A DNA stretch of 49,391 bases, from assembly GCA_022705345.1 (NCBI GenBank), contig JAKJEQ010000001.1, positions 319 to 49,709 on the forward strand. Reading direction: 5' to 3'. The translations under genes and the position numbers were made by a program. The notes beneath the pieces were generated by a model. The model saw nothing but the letters and a program-made list of their open reading frames with translations, searched no databases and had not been told where the DNA came from. Source of the DNA: Planctomycetota bacterium. Lineage in GTDB: Bacteria > Planctomycetota > Phycisphaerae > Sedimentisphaerales > UBA12454. Shown piece after piece: positions 17,668 to 27,663 of the stretch. The first letter of the stretch is position 1. The number at the start of each line of letters is the position of its first letter.

Positions 17668-17684
17668 TTGCAAAAAATATACCA
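17668..17684 (-). promoter_or_regulatory. candidate sigma-54 (-24/-12) promoter upstream of the PilZ gene
   Basis: The minus strand reads TGGTATATTTTTTGCAA. GG and GC have the same spacing as in the consensus TGGCACG-N4-TTGCW. The predicted TSS is about 45 nt before the ATG at 17612. Confidence 0.45.
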
Positions 17685-17943
17685 TACTGGCAGAAAACCA
17701 AACAACCCATCTTAACCCATTTAAGTCTCGCTAAATTCCGTATTTATGACATTTATAATGTTTATTTTAAACAAGGAAAGGTGTAAATTTAGACAAAGCC
17801 GTTTAAAAAGTACAACACAACTGAACTTTAGCCGCTAATTATCGGACTAAATCGCTGAAAATCATACAGGATTTTTTATTATTGTTGTTTTTTTGCAACA
17901 TTGAAGGTTGAATTTAATCAAAGCACTTCTATAATGTAAGGAT

Positions 17944-19026
17944 ATGTCTAAATTTGCAAAACAACACGCTTTGATTGATTCAGGGAATGAAAATCTGACT
18001 TCTTGGGTATTGCAGTCCTTACCAGTCGGCATAATAGTATTCGATAAAGAACTCAAAGTTTTAAACGCAAACACTTCTGCACAAACCATTATGGACATCA
18101 AGGCGTATGCTGATGCCACGCTTGCTGCCGGGACAAACGAGAACATCTGGGGAAATTGGCGACATACTTTACTTAAGGTAATCACTGAACTAAAAGAATG
18201 CCGTTTCGACAGCGTAAATTATAGCTTTAATTCTAAATCAGCCCTGCTGGATATCAATTGCGTTCCGATGGTGGACAATAATAACGCCCTGCTCGGGGGG
18301 ATAATCATATTCGAAAACATTACTGAACAGGCAACAATTCAAAAGCAGTTCGCTCAAAATGAAAGGTTGGCGGCACTTGGAAAATTGGCCAGCAAGGTAG
18401 CTCACGAACTGAATAATCCGATTGACGGGGTGCTAAGATACATAAACCTTGCAAAACGAACGATCAGTGAACAAGGAATGCAAAAGCCCGTTGAGTACCT
18501 CGATAATGCCTGCGATGGACTGAAACGAATGATCAATATCATTACCGAACTTCTTGAATTTTCGAGAACAAGGCGTTCTACTCTCGAAGACACCTCTATT
18601 GACAGGATAATCGATGATGCCGTAAAGTTCTTCGAACCCAAGGCATCAGCGGCAGGCATTGAAATAAAAAAACATTTTTCTTCCGGGCTGCCAAAGGCGA
18701 AAGGCACAAACCTCTTCCAGGTTTTCTGCAACCTCCTAAAAAACGCTATTGAGGCTATGCCCAAAGGCGGCAAAATATTTATCGGATGCGATGTGAGAGG
18801 CGAAACTGCGGTAATTAATTTTCGTGATACGGGACCGGGCCTCAATCCTGCTGACAGCGAATCAATTTTCGAACCTTTCTTTACTACCAAAGCTGGCGGC
18901 AAAGGTACCGGCCTCGGCCTTGCGATTTGCAGAGATATAGTTGAAAAGTACGGCGGTAAAATCACCGCGGAAAACTCTTCAGAGCACGGCAGCGTGTTTA
19001 CTGTTTATTTACCAGTGAATAAGTGA
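17944..19026 (+). CDS. sensor histidine kinase (PAS-HisKA-HATPase_c, cytoplasmic, NtrB/AtoS-like)
   Basis: 360 aa. PAS-like N-terminus, H-box [11 protein letters not shown]-box [11 protein letters not shown]-boxes DTGPGL and GTGLGLAI. Confidence 0.9.
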   Translation: MSKFAKQHALIDSGNENLTSWVLQSLPVGIIVFDKELKVLNANTSAQTIMDIKAYADATLAAGTNENIWGNWRHTLLKVITELKECRFDSVNYSFNSKSALLDINCVPMVDNNNALLGGIIIFENITEQATIQKQFAQNERLAALGKLASKVAHELNNPIDGVLRYINLAKRTISEQGMQKPVEYLDNACDGLKRMINIITELLEFSRTRRSTLEDTSIDRIIDDAVKFFEPKASAAGIEIKKHFSSGLPKAKGTNLFQVFCNLLKNAIEAMPKGGKIFIGCDVRGETAVINFRDTGPGLNPADSESIFEPFFTTKAGGKGTGLGLAICRDIVEKYGGKITAENSSEHGSVFTVYLPVNK

Positions 19027-19033
19027 AAAAAAT

Positions 19034-20074
19034 ATGACTACTAATGGAATTTTGATAGTTGATGATGATAAAATTATTCTCGATTCGCTTTGCGAATTTT
19101 TGAAACTTGAAGGATATACCACTGTCGGAGCGGATTCTTATAAAATCGCCCTTAGCCGCCTTCAAAAGCAGAGATTTTCGCTGGTTATCACCGATGTTAA
19201 TCTTCCTGACGCAAGCGGGTTCGAACTGCTTAATCATATCAAACAGAATTATCCGCAGACAGTTGTGATTATCGTTACAGGTTACGGCACGATTGAAAGC
19301 GCGGTTGAAGCGATAAAGATGGGCGCGTATGATTATCTGACAAAACCTGTTATTGATGATGAGCTTCGGCTGACCGTTGAGAGGGCGCTAAAGCAGCAGT
19401 CTCTGATCAGCGAAAACGAAAAACTAAAAAGTCAGCTTGTGCATAAATACAGTTTGGAAAATATTATTAGCCAGGATTACAAGATGGCTAAAATTTTTGA
19501 CCTTGTCGAAGCGGTCGCTGACAGCAGATCGAATATTCTTATGACAGGCGCAAGCGGAACCGGCAAAACAATGCTCGCGCGGGCAGTCCATTACCGAAGC
19601 GGAAGAAAAGAAAAACCATTCATCGAAGTAAGCTGCGGTGCGCTGCCGGAAACTTTGCTCGAAAGCGAGCTGTTCGGCCATGTGAAGGGGGCGTTTACCG
19701 GCGCAATCAGCGACAAGCAGGGAAAATTTCTTGCCGCTGACGGCGGAACGATTTTTCTCGATGAAATTTCAAGTGCATCGGCAGCATTGCAGGTAAAACT
19801 TCTGCGCGTGATTCAGGACAGGCAATTCGAACCGGTCGGAAGCAATAAAACTATTACGGTCGATACTCGTGTGATTGTCGCGTCGAACCGCAATATGATG
19901 GAGGAAGTCAAACAGGGAAGGTTCAGAGAAGATCTGTATTACAGGCTGAACGTGATAATGATAAATCTGCCGTCGCTTTGCGAAAGGCCGGCGGATATTC
20001 CTCTACTGGCACAGCAATTTATGAAAAATTTCTGCATATCTCACAATCGAACAAAGCTTGGCATCGATAAGTAA
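19034..20074 (+). CDS. sigma-54-dependent response regulator, N-terminal part (REC plus AAA+), ended by an in-frame TAA
   Basis: REC domain with DVNLPD. AAA+ Walker [15 protein letters not shown] sigma-54 contact loop, Walker B FLDEI. TAA at 20072..20074 falls where homologues continue. Confidence 0.85.
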   Translation: MTTNGILIVDDDKIILDSLCEFLKLEGYTTVGADSYKIALSRLQKQRFSLVITDVNLPDASGFELLNHIKQNYPQTVVIIVTGYGTIESAVEAIKMGAYDYLTKPVIDDELRLTVERALKQQSLISENEKLKSQLVHKYSLENIISQDYKMAKIFDLVEAVADSRSNILMTGASGTGKTMLARAVHYRSGRKEKPFIEVSCGALPETLLESELFGHVKGAFTGAISDKQGKFLAADGGTIFLDEISSASAALQVKLLRVIQDRQFEPVGSNKTITVDTRVIVASNRNMMEEVKQGRFREDLYYRLNVIMINLPSLCERPADIPLLAQQFMKNFCISHNRTKLGIDK

Positions 20075-20077
20075 GCG

Positions 20078-20422
20078 ATGTCGGTTTTGCAGCGGTATGA
20101 TTGGCCGGGCAATGTTCGAGAGCTTGAGAATGTGATTGAGAGGGCGGTGCTGTTGAGCAAGACGGACTATATTACATTTGACGATTTGCCGCTGAATATT
20201 ACCGCATTTGCGCCGCTAAATCCGATGGACGATTTTGACAGTACGAGTTTGAAGTCGGCGATAGCCGAGCCGGAACGGAAGATTTTGAGAGCGGCGCTTG
20301 AGGCAAATAACTGGAATCGGCAGTTAACGGCACTGGCCTTAAAGATTAACCGAACTACCCTTTATAAGAAGATGAAAAAATACGGCCTCGAAGATGAAGC
20401 CGAACGCATGGGCATTCGATAA
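20078..20422 (+). CDS. sigma-54-dependent response regulator, C-terminal part (sensor II plus Fis-type HTH), same frame as 19034..20074
   Basis: LQRYDWPGNVRELENVIERAVLL and the HTH NWNRQLTALALKINRTTLYKKMKKYGL. It is separated from the upstream part only by TAA-GCG. Confidence 0.8.
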   Translation: MSVLQRYDWPGNVRELENVIERAVLLSKTDYITFDDLPLNITAFAPLNPMDDFDSTSLKSAIAEPERKILRAALEANNWNRQLTALALKINRTTLYKKMKKYGLEDEAERMGIR

Positions 20423-20423
20423 A

Positions 20424-20658
20424 GGCGTCAGACACCTTTTCTACTTTTCTGGTAAGTTTTTGAGGTCTTCCGCGTACATTTAAAGAGCAGTTCAAACCCA
20501 GTGAAGAAGATGTTTTAATCATCCATTCAATTTCGCCGAATGGTCTGTTCTTTTCGATTGATCTACGAATCTCTACAATTTCTTTTCATGCGAGCATTGG
20601 CGCTGTTAAAGACGTGGTACGCATAACCTCCAGGTATTATTCGTAATGGTCGTCCCAT
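20424..20658 (-). pseudogene. relic of a REP-associated tyrosine transposase (RayT / IS200-like Y1), internally deleted and frameshifted
   Basis: The minus strand gives MGRPLRIIPGGYAYHVFNSANAR... (typical N-terminus) joined out of frame to ...EIVEIRRSIEKNRPFGEIEWMIKTSSSLGLNCSLNVRGRPQK (typical C-terminus). The HUH/Tyr core is missing. Confidence 0.55.
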
Positions 20659-20720
20659 AGTTCATATCTACCTTATATTCTGCAACACTTCAATTAAAAT
20701 AGTTCCTGGAACAATTGTGA

Positions 20721-21530
20721 TCAATCGTTGCCTTTCATGGCAGTCCATAGTACCAGCGCATCGGTATTGCTGGGCCATGTCGTACAAACGGACGGATCAC
20801 AAAAGCCCGCTTTGTTCAACAAGCCGAGCAACTCGTCATCAGGCCATGCCTTGGTTGTGCTTCGATAGACACTGACTTTGCCGTCATTTTCATCGACAAC
20901 CGTAAATATCTGAATGGCTGCCTTTTCATCCGGCAGCCACTGATTCTCTATCCGGCAGCGATGCGGATAGTCCGAAAAAAGGCCGGACTCTGATTTCTGA
21001 TCTGAAGGTTCGCTAAGTCCTGTCGCCTCGATAGCTGCGGTTGATTGCAGCTCAACAATGATTCGGCCTTGGTTAGACAAACTCGCATGGGTTTTTTGAA
21101 GAATCCCCAACGCCTCCTTTGGCGAGAAGACATTCAACTCACCATAGAGAAACATGACTAAATCATAAGGGCCACCAAAGTCGATGTTGCGAACGTCGCC
21201 CATAATAAACTCACACAGCGACCGATCAAAAACCTGTTCTTGTGCATACTCAATGGAAGCCGGGCCGAAGTCTATCCCGCGGCAATGATGTCCCATTTTC
21301 GTCAAACGATGTGAGTAAAACCCTGGGCCGCATCCAAGATCAAGAATTCGTGAAAGTTTTCTATCCAGATATTTTTCGTGAATCCATTCCACTTGCCTGT
21401 CAATCCATTCATTGCGGCGGCTGGCCAAGTCATGCTCTTGCGACAAGTGTTCTTTCAGCATGCGTCTGCTGAAATCGGGGTCATCCCAGGGAATTTTATA
21501 TGTGCCGCTCCATATATCATTAGTAGTCAT
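20721..21530 (-). CDS. class I SAM-dependent methyltransferase
   Basis: 269 aa. Motif I ILDLGCGPGFYS and post-I GIDFGPASIE. Confidence 0.85.
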   Translation of the reverse strand: MTTNDIWSGTYKIPWDDPDFSRRMLKEHLSQEHDLASRRNEWIDRQVEWIHEKYLDRKLSRILDLGCGPGFYSHRLTKMGHHCRGIDFGPASIEYAQEQVFDRSLCEFIMGDVRNIDFGGPYDLVMFLYGELNVFSPKEALGILQKTHASLSNQGRIIVELQSTAAIEATGLSEPSDQKSESGLFSDYPHRCRIENQWLPDEKAAIQIFTVVDENDGKVSVYRSTTKAWPDDELLGLLNKAGFCDPSVCTTWPSNTDALVLWTAMKGND

Positions 21531-21647
21531 ATGTCGCTATCTTTCATTTTTAAAGGTCAACCTTTTTGAGAAAGTTCCCTAAATGAAAAAACATGGAGTC
21601 CATTTTGCTCAAATTTTATCCCTCCATCCGCGCTAACGCCCCAAATC

Positions 21648-22454
21648 TTACAATAGATTTTGAGTTACATATTTTACTGCGTTATCGAAAATCGTTCGGC
21701 CGTCGGCGCGAGTCTTATCTTCGAGCCTTGTCCAGTGAGGATGCTGCGTATTTCTTACAAATCTTTCCGGATGCGGCATAAGGCCCATAACTCTTCCGGT
21801 AGAATCGCAAAGCGCAGCGATAGAGTCTGTCGAGCCATTGGGATTAATCGGAAAATCACCGAAATTTCCGTTTTCATCGACATATCTGAACGCAATTCTA
21901 TCATCGGCTTTGACTTTTTCTAACACCTCATTATTTTCGAAAACGACTTTGCCTTCGCCGTGCGCTATCGGCAGATAAATCCTCCTGCCCTGCTCGATGA
22001 AAATACATTTTTTGCTCGAAGGTTCGAGATAAACCCACCTGTCCTCGAACTTGCCGCAATCGTTGTTTGTAATTGTAATCTGCTGTTTTGAACTGTTATC
22101 GACTTTTCCGAGGATGCCGGTTTTGACAAGAACCTGGAAACCGTTGCAGATGCCCAGCACAAGTTTGCCCGCCTCTATAAACTTGTTGAGCCTGTCTGAT
22201 AAATGATGAATCATCTGGTTGGCGAGAATTTTGCCTGCGGCGACGTCGTCGCCGTAACTGAATCCGCCGGGGATGACGAGGATTTGAAACGATTCGAGAA
22301 TTTCCGGGTTCTCGATAATTCTGTTTACGTGAATTCTTTCAGCTTGCGCGCCTGCCAATTCCAGCGCATGCTGCGTTTCCATATCACAATTAATTCCCGC
22401 CGCTCGTAAAACGATTGCATTTACCCCGTTAGAAATTTTCACATTCTCATCCAT
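21648..22454 (-). CDS. purQ: phosphoribosylformylglycinamidine synthase, glutaminase subunit
   Basis: 268 aa. Class I amidotransferase nucleophile elbow LGICNGFQVL and the HGEG/HPE triad region. Confidence 0.92.
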   Translation of the reverse strand: MDENVKISNGVNAIVLRAAGINCDMETQHALELAGAQAERIHVNRIIENPEILESFQILVIPGGFSYGDDVAAGKILANQMIHHLSDRLNKFIEAGKLVLGICNGFQVLVKTGILGKVDNSSKQQITITNNDCGKFEDRWVYLEPSSKKCIFIEQGRRIYLPIAHGEGKVVFENNEVLEKVKADDRIAFRYVDENGNFGDFPINPNGSTDSIAALCDSTGRVMGLMPHPERFVRNTQHPHWTRLEDKTRADGRTIFDNAVKYVTQNLL

Positions 22455-22525
22455 ATTATTACCTTATGATGACTTTCATATTTTGCATTTTATTTATTCG
22501 GCCCGTTTTGAATTTCTAACGGGGT

Positions 22526-25405
22526 TTACCATTTCAAAGGTTTAAGCCAGGCGTCTTTCAAATCAGCGATATCCGATTCGATAACGTTTCTTCCTGAGCT
22601 GTCTTTAATTACTAATTTTTTAATATCGATAACCTGCCCTATTTGTCCAAACGCAACACCGAGCATCAGCTTTGCGAAATCGTGGAACTTCTCCGGTCGA
22701 ACTTCAACAATATAACGCGAGCACGATTCGCTGAAAAGTTGCGAGGCCAAAGATGAGCAATCATCTGTTTTCGGCAGGCCTTTCAAATCGGCAACAACTC
22801 CCAAACCGCCGGAAAACGCCATTTCTGCAAGCGCAACCGCAAGGCCGCCTTCGCTGCAATCGTGGCAGCTTGCGATCAGACCCTGATCAATCGCTTTGTA
22901 AATTTTTTCAGCTGTTAATTTGGCAGCTCGTAAATCGACTTTCGGGACATTTGCGCCGAGCTGCTTTTGGATTTTGTAATAATGACTTCCGCCAAGTTCG
23001 TTTCTCGTCACGCCGACAGCAAAGAGTAAATTTCCCGCTGCTTTCAAATCGGCCGTTACGCATTTTTTCACATCGTCAACAATTCCCATCGCACTGATAA
23101 GCAAAGTCGCAGGGATCGCGATTTCAGTACCATCGTCGCAGATAAAATTATTATTGAGCGAATCCTTTCCGGAAATGAACGGCGTTCCAAACGCAACCGC
23201 GCCGTCGAAACATGCCTGAGCCGCGCGAACAAGCGAGCCGAGGGTTTCTTCTTTTTTGCAGTCAGCCCAGCAGAAGTTATCCAGAATCGCAATTCTGTCC
23301 GGCCGAGCGCCGACGCAAATCACATTTCGGATCGCTTCATCGATTCCCGCCATTGCCATCCAATACGGGTCGATATCGCCGTACAGCGGATTCATTCCGC
23401 AGCCAATCGCGATGCCTTTATCGCTGTCGAACTTCGGCTGCACTACTGCCGCGTCATTTGGCCCATCATTAGTCACGCCGCCGAGCGGTTTGACAACCGA
23501 CCCGCCCTGCACTTCGTGATCGTACTGGCGAATGACCCATTCTTTACTCGCGACGTTATACGTGGAAAGAATCTTCACAAGATCGTCTGTATAATTTTCT
23601 TTTGGTTCTATCGCCGGCTCGCTAAGTGTCTTCGAACTCCATTTTGCCTTGCGCGAATATTTCGGCAGACCATCGTGCAGAAAATCCATATCGATCTGAC
23701 CGACCTGCGTGCCCTGATATTTTAATGTAAGCTTTTTATCGTCTGTAAATGTGCCGATAACAGTCGCCTCGACGTTTTCGCCTGCGAATATCGCGCTGAT
23801 CTTTTCGAGGTTCTCCGGCTTGACCGCGATAACCATTCTTTCCTGCGCTTCGCTGATCCATATTTCGGTATATGAAAGTCCCGCGTATTTGAGCGGCACT
23901 TTTGAAAGTTCGACATCAGCGCCGAGTTCTGCGCCCATTTCGCCGACCGCGCTGCTAAGTCCGCCCGCGCCGCAATCCGTAATGGCGGTGTAAAGTCCCT
24001 GCTCTCGTGCCTGCAAAAGAGTATCTAGCGTTTTCTTTTCAGTGATAGCGTTTCCAATCTGGACAGCGTGTGAAAACACCGTTTCGTGTTCGTGAGTCAT
24101 TGCGCCGCTTGAGAAAGTTGCGCCGTGAATGCCGTCTCTGCCTGTCTTTCCGCCGACAACCATAATAAGTTCGCCCGTCGATGATTTGCCAAAGCATTTA
24201 TCTCTCGGCATAATTCCCACATTGCCGCAGAACACCAGCGGATTGCCGAGATAACGGTCGTCAAAAAATATCGCGCCGTTAACTGTCGGTATTCCCATCC
24301 TGTTTCCGTAATCGCGAACGCCTGCGACAACTCCTTTAGCGATTCGTTTGGGATGCAGAACGCCTCGCGGAATTTCATCGAAGCTTTTATCAGGTTCAGC
24401 GAAACAGAAAACATCGGTATTCGCGATCGGCTTTGCGCCAAGGCCCGTTCCCATCGGGTCTCGCAAAACGCCGCCGATTCCTGTAGCCGCCCCGCCGTAA
24501 GGATCGAGAGCGGATGGGTGATTGTGCGTTTCAACTTTGAAACATATCGCGTCTTTATCGTCAAATTCAATAACGCCTGCGTTATCTTTGAAAACGCTGA
24601 TGCACCAGTCTTTATTAAGCTGCTTTGTCGCGCCAAAAACCGTATCTTTAATAAGATTATCAAAATGGATTTCTTTGCCGTCGAACTGGAAATCAACGCT
24701 GCTCTTTAAAGTTTTGTGCACGCAATGTTCGCTCCACGTCTGCGCGATTGCCTCAAGCTCGATGTCGGTCGGATTTCTGCCGAGCGTCTTGAAATAATCC
24801 TGAATAGTTTTCATCTCAACTGCGTTGAGGAACAGATCCATTTTTTTGCTCAGTTCGACAAGCTGCTGCTCTTCAAGACTTAGCAATTCGATTGTTTTAA
24901 GATCGAACTGATATGGCGCCAGATGCGGGCTTGGCGGCTCGGCCTCTGCGCCGATAACGACAACCTCGATGCAATCGTTCGAAAGCCTGCGCACAATTTT
25001 CTTTAGCTGCTTATCATTAATCTCGCCGAACAGAACATATTTTCTTGCGGTCCTAACGCTCTGACATTTCTGCCCCATATCGTCAATCGCGGTCATGACC
25101 GATTCAGCAACAGGGTCAGTTACCCCGCTCTTAAGATGAATTTCCACGATGGTCGCTTTTGCCAGTCCCGCCTGCGGAACAGATTTGCCGATATAAAAAT
25201 CTTCGCAGACAGGGTCAGCGAGCAATTCGCCGCCGATTCGATTGGCGAACTGATCATCAAAATCGCCTTCGATCAAAAAGACTCTCGCCGACTGAACATC
25301 CAGCACAGTTTCGATGCCAAGCTCTTTGATGTCCGCCAAAACATTTCTGCCGCCGACGTCAACACTGTCAGCCTTATTAAAAACTTCAAAACGAAATTGT
25401 GTCAC
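22526..25405 (-). CDS. purL: phosphoribosylformylglycinamidine synthase subunit PurL with an N-terminal PurS-like extension
   Basis: 959 aa. AIR-synthase-related repeats (ETHNHPS, GGAATGIGG, DCGAGGLS). About 200 extra N-terminal residues resemble PurS modules. Confidence 0.9.
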   Translation of the reverse strand: MTQFRFEVFNKADSVDVGGRNVLADIKELGIETVLDVQSARVFLIEGDFDDQFANRIGGELLADPVCEDFYIGKSVPQAGLAKATIVEIHLKSGVTDPVAESVMTAIDDMGQKCQSVRTARKYVLFGEINDKQLKKIVRRLSNDCIEVVVIGAEAEPPSPHLAPYQFDLKTIELLSLEEQQLVELSKKMDLFLNAVEMKTIQDYFKTLGRNPTDIELEAIAQTWSEHCVHKTLKSSVDFQFDGKEIHFDNLIKDTVFGATKQLNKDWCISVFKDNAGVIEFDDKDAICFKVETHNHPSALDPYGGAATGIGGVLRDPMGTGLGAKPIANTDVFCFAEPDKSFDEIPRGVLHPKRIAKGVVAGVRDYGNRMGIPTVNGAIFFDDRYLGNPLVFCGNVGIMPRDKCFGKSSTGELIMVVGGKTGRDGIHGATFSSGAMTHEHETVFSHAVQIGNAITEKKTLDTLLQAREQGLYTAITDCGAGGLSSAVGEMGAELGADVELSKVPLKYAGLSYTEIWISEAQERMVIAVKPENLEKISAIFAGENVEATVIGTFTDDKKLTLKYQGTQVGQIDMDFLHDGLPKYSRKAKWSSKTLSEPAIEPKENYTDDLVKILSTYNVASKEWVIRQYDHEVQGGSVVKPLGGVTNDGPNDAAVVQPKFDSDKGIAIGCGMNPLYGDIDPYWMAMAGIDEAIRNVICVGARPDRIAILDNFCWADCKKEETLGSLVRAAQACFDGAVAFGTPFISGKDSLNNNFICDDGTEIAIPATLLISAMGIVDDVKKCVTADLKAAGNLLFAVGVTRNELGGSHYYKIQKQLGANVPKVDLRAAKLTAEKIYKAIDQGLIASCHDCSEGGLAVALAEMAFSGGLGVVADLKGLPKTDDCSSLASQLFSESCSRYIVEVRPEKFHDFAKLMLGVAFGQIGQVIDIKKLVIKDSSGRNVIESDIADLKDAWLKPLKW

Positions 25406-26280
25406 AGTATCTCTTTCTTTGAAACTTTATATTCAATTAATTGTGCTCTTTTTTGCCGTGCGATTTCTAATAATTTTTCAACCGCTTTTTTGTCTTTATG
25501 TTTAATTGCTTTCTGCAATTTAGCAAGTTCTTTAATAAGCTTTTCAATCCCTTTACTGATATTTTCAGAATTGGTAAAGAAAATATCGGCCCAGATATTT
25601 GCCGGTCCCGATGCGATTCGAGAAGTATCGATAAAACCTTTGCCGCAGAATTTCAACTGCTGCAAATCCGAAGCGTTCAGCAAAGCGGCCGCTGTCGCAT
25701 GCGGCAGATGACTTACATTGCCCAGAATTTTATCGTGCTCTGCGGCGCTCATCGAATAAATCCGACATCCCAGAAGCGACCAGAATTTTTTCACAACCGA
25801 AACCGCCGCAGGCTTTGTCGAAGCATCTTTAGTAATGATACAAACCGCCCCATCGAACAAATCATCACGTCCGAACTCAACCCCCCGCTGCTCGGAGCCT
25901 GCTATCGGATGTGAACCTACGTAATTTACATACGCCGGTAGTCGTTTTTTCGCCCATTTATGCGGCAAAAGCTTCGTCGACCCGACATCAGTTACTATAC
26001 ACCCTTTTTTTAATGCCGGTGCGATTGTTTTGAAAATATCCTCGAAAGTGCAAATCGGTGTCGCCAAAATCACCATATCGGCATCTGCAACGCTTTGCAG
26101 AATATCATCATACACAATATCTGCTACTCCGAGCTTCCCTGCTCGTTTGCGCGTTGAGTCTCGATGACTGAAACCGGCCGTTTTGATCCCGAAATTTCCA
26201 TGGCTTACCGCCAGGGTTATCGAAGAACCCAAAAGCCCCAGTCCGATTACCGTAACTTGTCGTAAATCTTTTATCTTCAT
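25402..26280 (-). CDS. tyrA: prephenate/arogenate dehydrogenase
   Basis: 292 aa. VTVIGLGLLGSSI Rossmann motif and GSHPIAG catalytic region. 4-nt overlap with purL. Confidence 0.88.
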   Translation of the reverse strand: MKIKDLRQVTVIGLGLLGSSITLAVSHGNFGIKTAGFSHRDSTRKRAGKLGVADIVYDDILQSVADADMVILATPICTFEDIFKTIAPALKKGCIVTDVGSTKLLPHKWAKKRLPAYVNYVGSHPIAGSEQRGVEFGRDDLFDGAVCIITKDASTKPAAVSVVKKFWSLLGCRIYSMSAAEHDKILGNVSHLPHATAAALLNASDLQQLKFCGKGFIDTSRIASGPANIWADIFFTNSENISKGIEKLIKELAKLQKAIKHKDKKAVEKLLEIARQKRAQLIEYKVSKKEIL

Positions 26281-26417
26281 TGTTTTATGAAATTCTATTC
26301 ATCCCTGTCGGGTTTGTAAAAAGTATCCACAAAAGGGCCTTCTGTCAATTTTTTTCTTTCATTTATCGCTCGAAACTGATATTATGTCAAACTTCAATTC
26401 AATATGGTTAGATGGAA

Positions 26418-26473
26418 CAGTGTAAATCCGTGTTAATCCGTGTCGAAAAAACGGTATTAACCTGTGTTAATGC
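26418..26473. repeat. REP-like repeat family A
   Basis: CAGTGTAAATCCGTGTTAATCCGTGTC ... GGTATTAACCTGTGTTAATGC, immediately upstream of accA. Confidence 0.6.
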
Positions 26474-26479
26474 TATTAG

Positions 26480-27562
26480 ATGACAAATTCAAAAAGTAAA
26501 AAAACCGGCGACTATCTTACGTTTGAAACTGCGATAGCCGATATCGATAGCCAGATCGCTGAGCTTACAAAATTAAGCTCGGTCAAGGGCATCGACTATT
26601 CAACAGAGATTCGCAGCCTCCAGCGCGAGCAGGTAGCCGAGTTCAAACGAATATACTCCAACCTGTCCGCTTGGCAGACAGTCCAGGTCGCAAGACATCC
26701 CAAAAGACCGCTGCTGGGCGAATATCTTAACCTTATGGTAAAAGATTTCCGCCAGCTTCACGGCGACAGATGCTTCGGCGATGACGCCGCGATTGTCTGC
26801 GGGCTAGGCCATATCGGAAGAGAAAACGTCCTCGTCGTCGGCCAGAACAAAGGCAGGGATATAAAAGAAAAGATTAAATGCAATTTCGGCTGTCCCAATC
26901 CCGAAGGCTACCGCAAAGCACTTGCGAAAATGAAATTCGCTGAAAAATTTAATATCCCCGTTGTAACTTTCATCGACACCCCCGGCGCATACCCGGGCAT
27001 CGGCGCGGAAGAACGCGGCCAGGCACAGGCCATCGCAGTCAATCTGATGGAAATGTCCCGGCTGAAAGTTCCGATTATCTGCATCGTTATCGGCGAAGGC
27101 GGCTCCGGCGGTGCGCTCGGTATCGGCGTAGGCGACAGGATGGCAATCCTCGAATACGCATACTATTCAGTCATTTCGCCCGAAGGTTGCGCCGCGATTC
27201 TGTGGCGCGACGGCTCGAAAGCGCAGGAAGCGGCCGAAGCTTTGAAACTGACAAGCAAGGAACTCCAGCGGCTCGGTATCGCCGATTCGATTATCGCCGA
27301 ACCGCTCGGCGGTGCGCATCGAAATATACACGATGCGGTTTACAATGTCGAGCAGTACATCATCAGAACGCTGCGAGAGTTAAAGAGGATGGACACCGAT
27401 TCGCTTCTTGCGGCAAGATACAACAAACTCCGCACGATCGGCAAGGCCGCTACAATGCTCGAACAAGTTCATGCCGATGAACACAAAATCAAAATTGCCG
27501 TCCATAAAATTACTGCAGACGGTAAAATTAAATCTTCCCAACCAAAAGCCCTCAAAGTATAA
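26480..27562 (+). CDS. accA: acetyl-CoA carboxylase carboxyltransferase subunit alpha
   Basis: 360 aa with ARHPKRP, FIDTPGAYPGIGAEERGQ and IGEGGSGGAL. Confidence 0.93.
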   Translation: MTNSKSKKTGDYLTFETAIADIDSQIAELTKLSSVKGIDYSTEIRSLQREQVAEFKRIYSNLSAWQTVQVARHPKRPLLGEYLNLMVKDFRQLHGDRCFGDDAAIVCGLGHIGRENVLVVGQNKGRDIKEKIKCNFGCPNPEGYRKALAKMKFAEKFNIPVVTFIDTPGAYPGIGAEERGQAQAIAVNLMEMSRLKVPIICIVIGEGGSGGALGIGVGDRMAILEYAYYSVISPEGCAAILWRDGSKAQEAAEALKLTSKELQRLGIADSIIAEPLGGAHRNIHDAVYNVEQYIIRTLRELKRMDTDSLLAARYNKLRTIGKAATMLEQVHADEHKIKIAVHKITADGKIKSSQPKALKV

Positions 27563-27586
27563 TTATTCCAATCTAAAATTTTATTT

Positions 27587-27640
27587 AATCGCAGATTACA
27601 CAGATATTTTGTAAAATCATTTTAATCAGCGTAATCAGTG
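27587..27640. repeat. REP-like repeat family A
   Basis: AATCGCAGATTACACAGAT ... TTAATCAGCGTAATCAGTG, between accA and the kinase gene. Confidence 0.6.
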
Positions 27641-27663
27641 ATTATTAAAAACTGAGGCTATCT

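Noticed and set aside
20072-20074. Possibility that the in-frame TAA reflects a reassigned stop codon.
   Set aside because: Many clearly complete genes in the window terminate with TAA at the expected position (for example the sigma factor, recR, hemL and the dnaX-recR overlap logic). A global TAA reassignment is therefore not supported.
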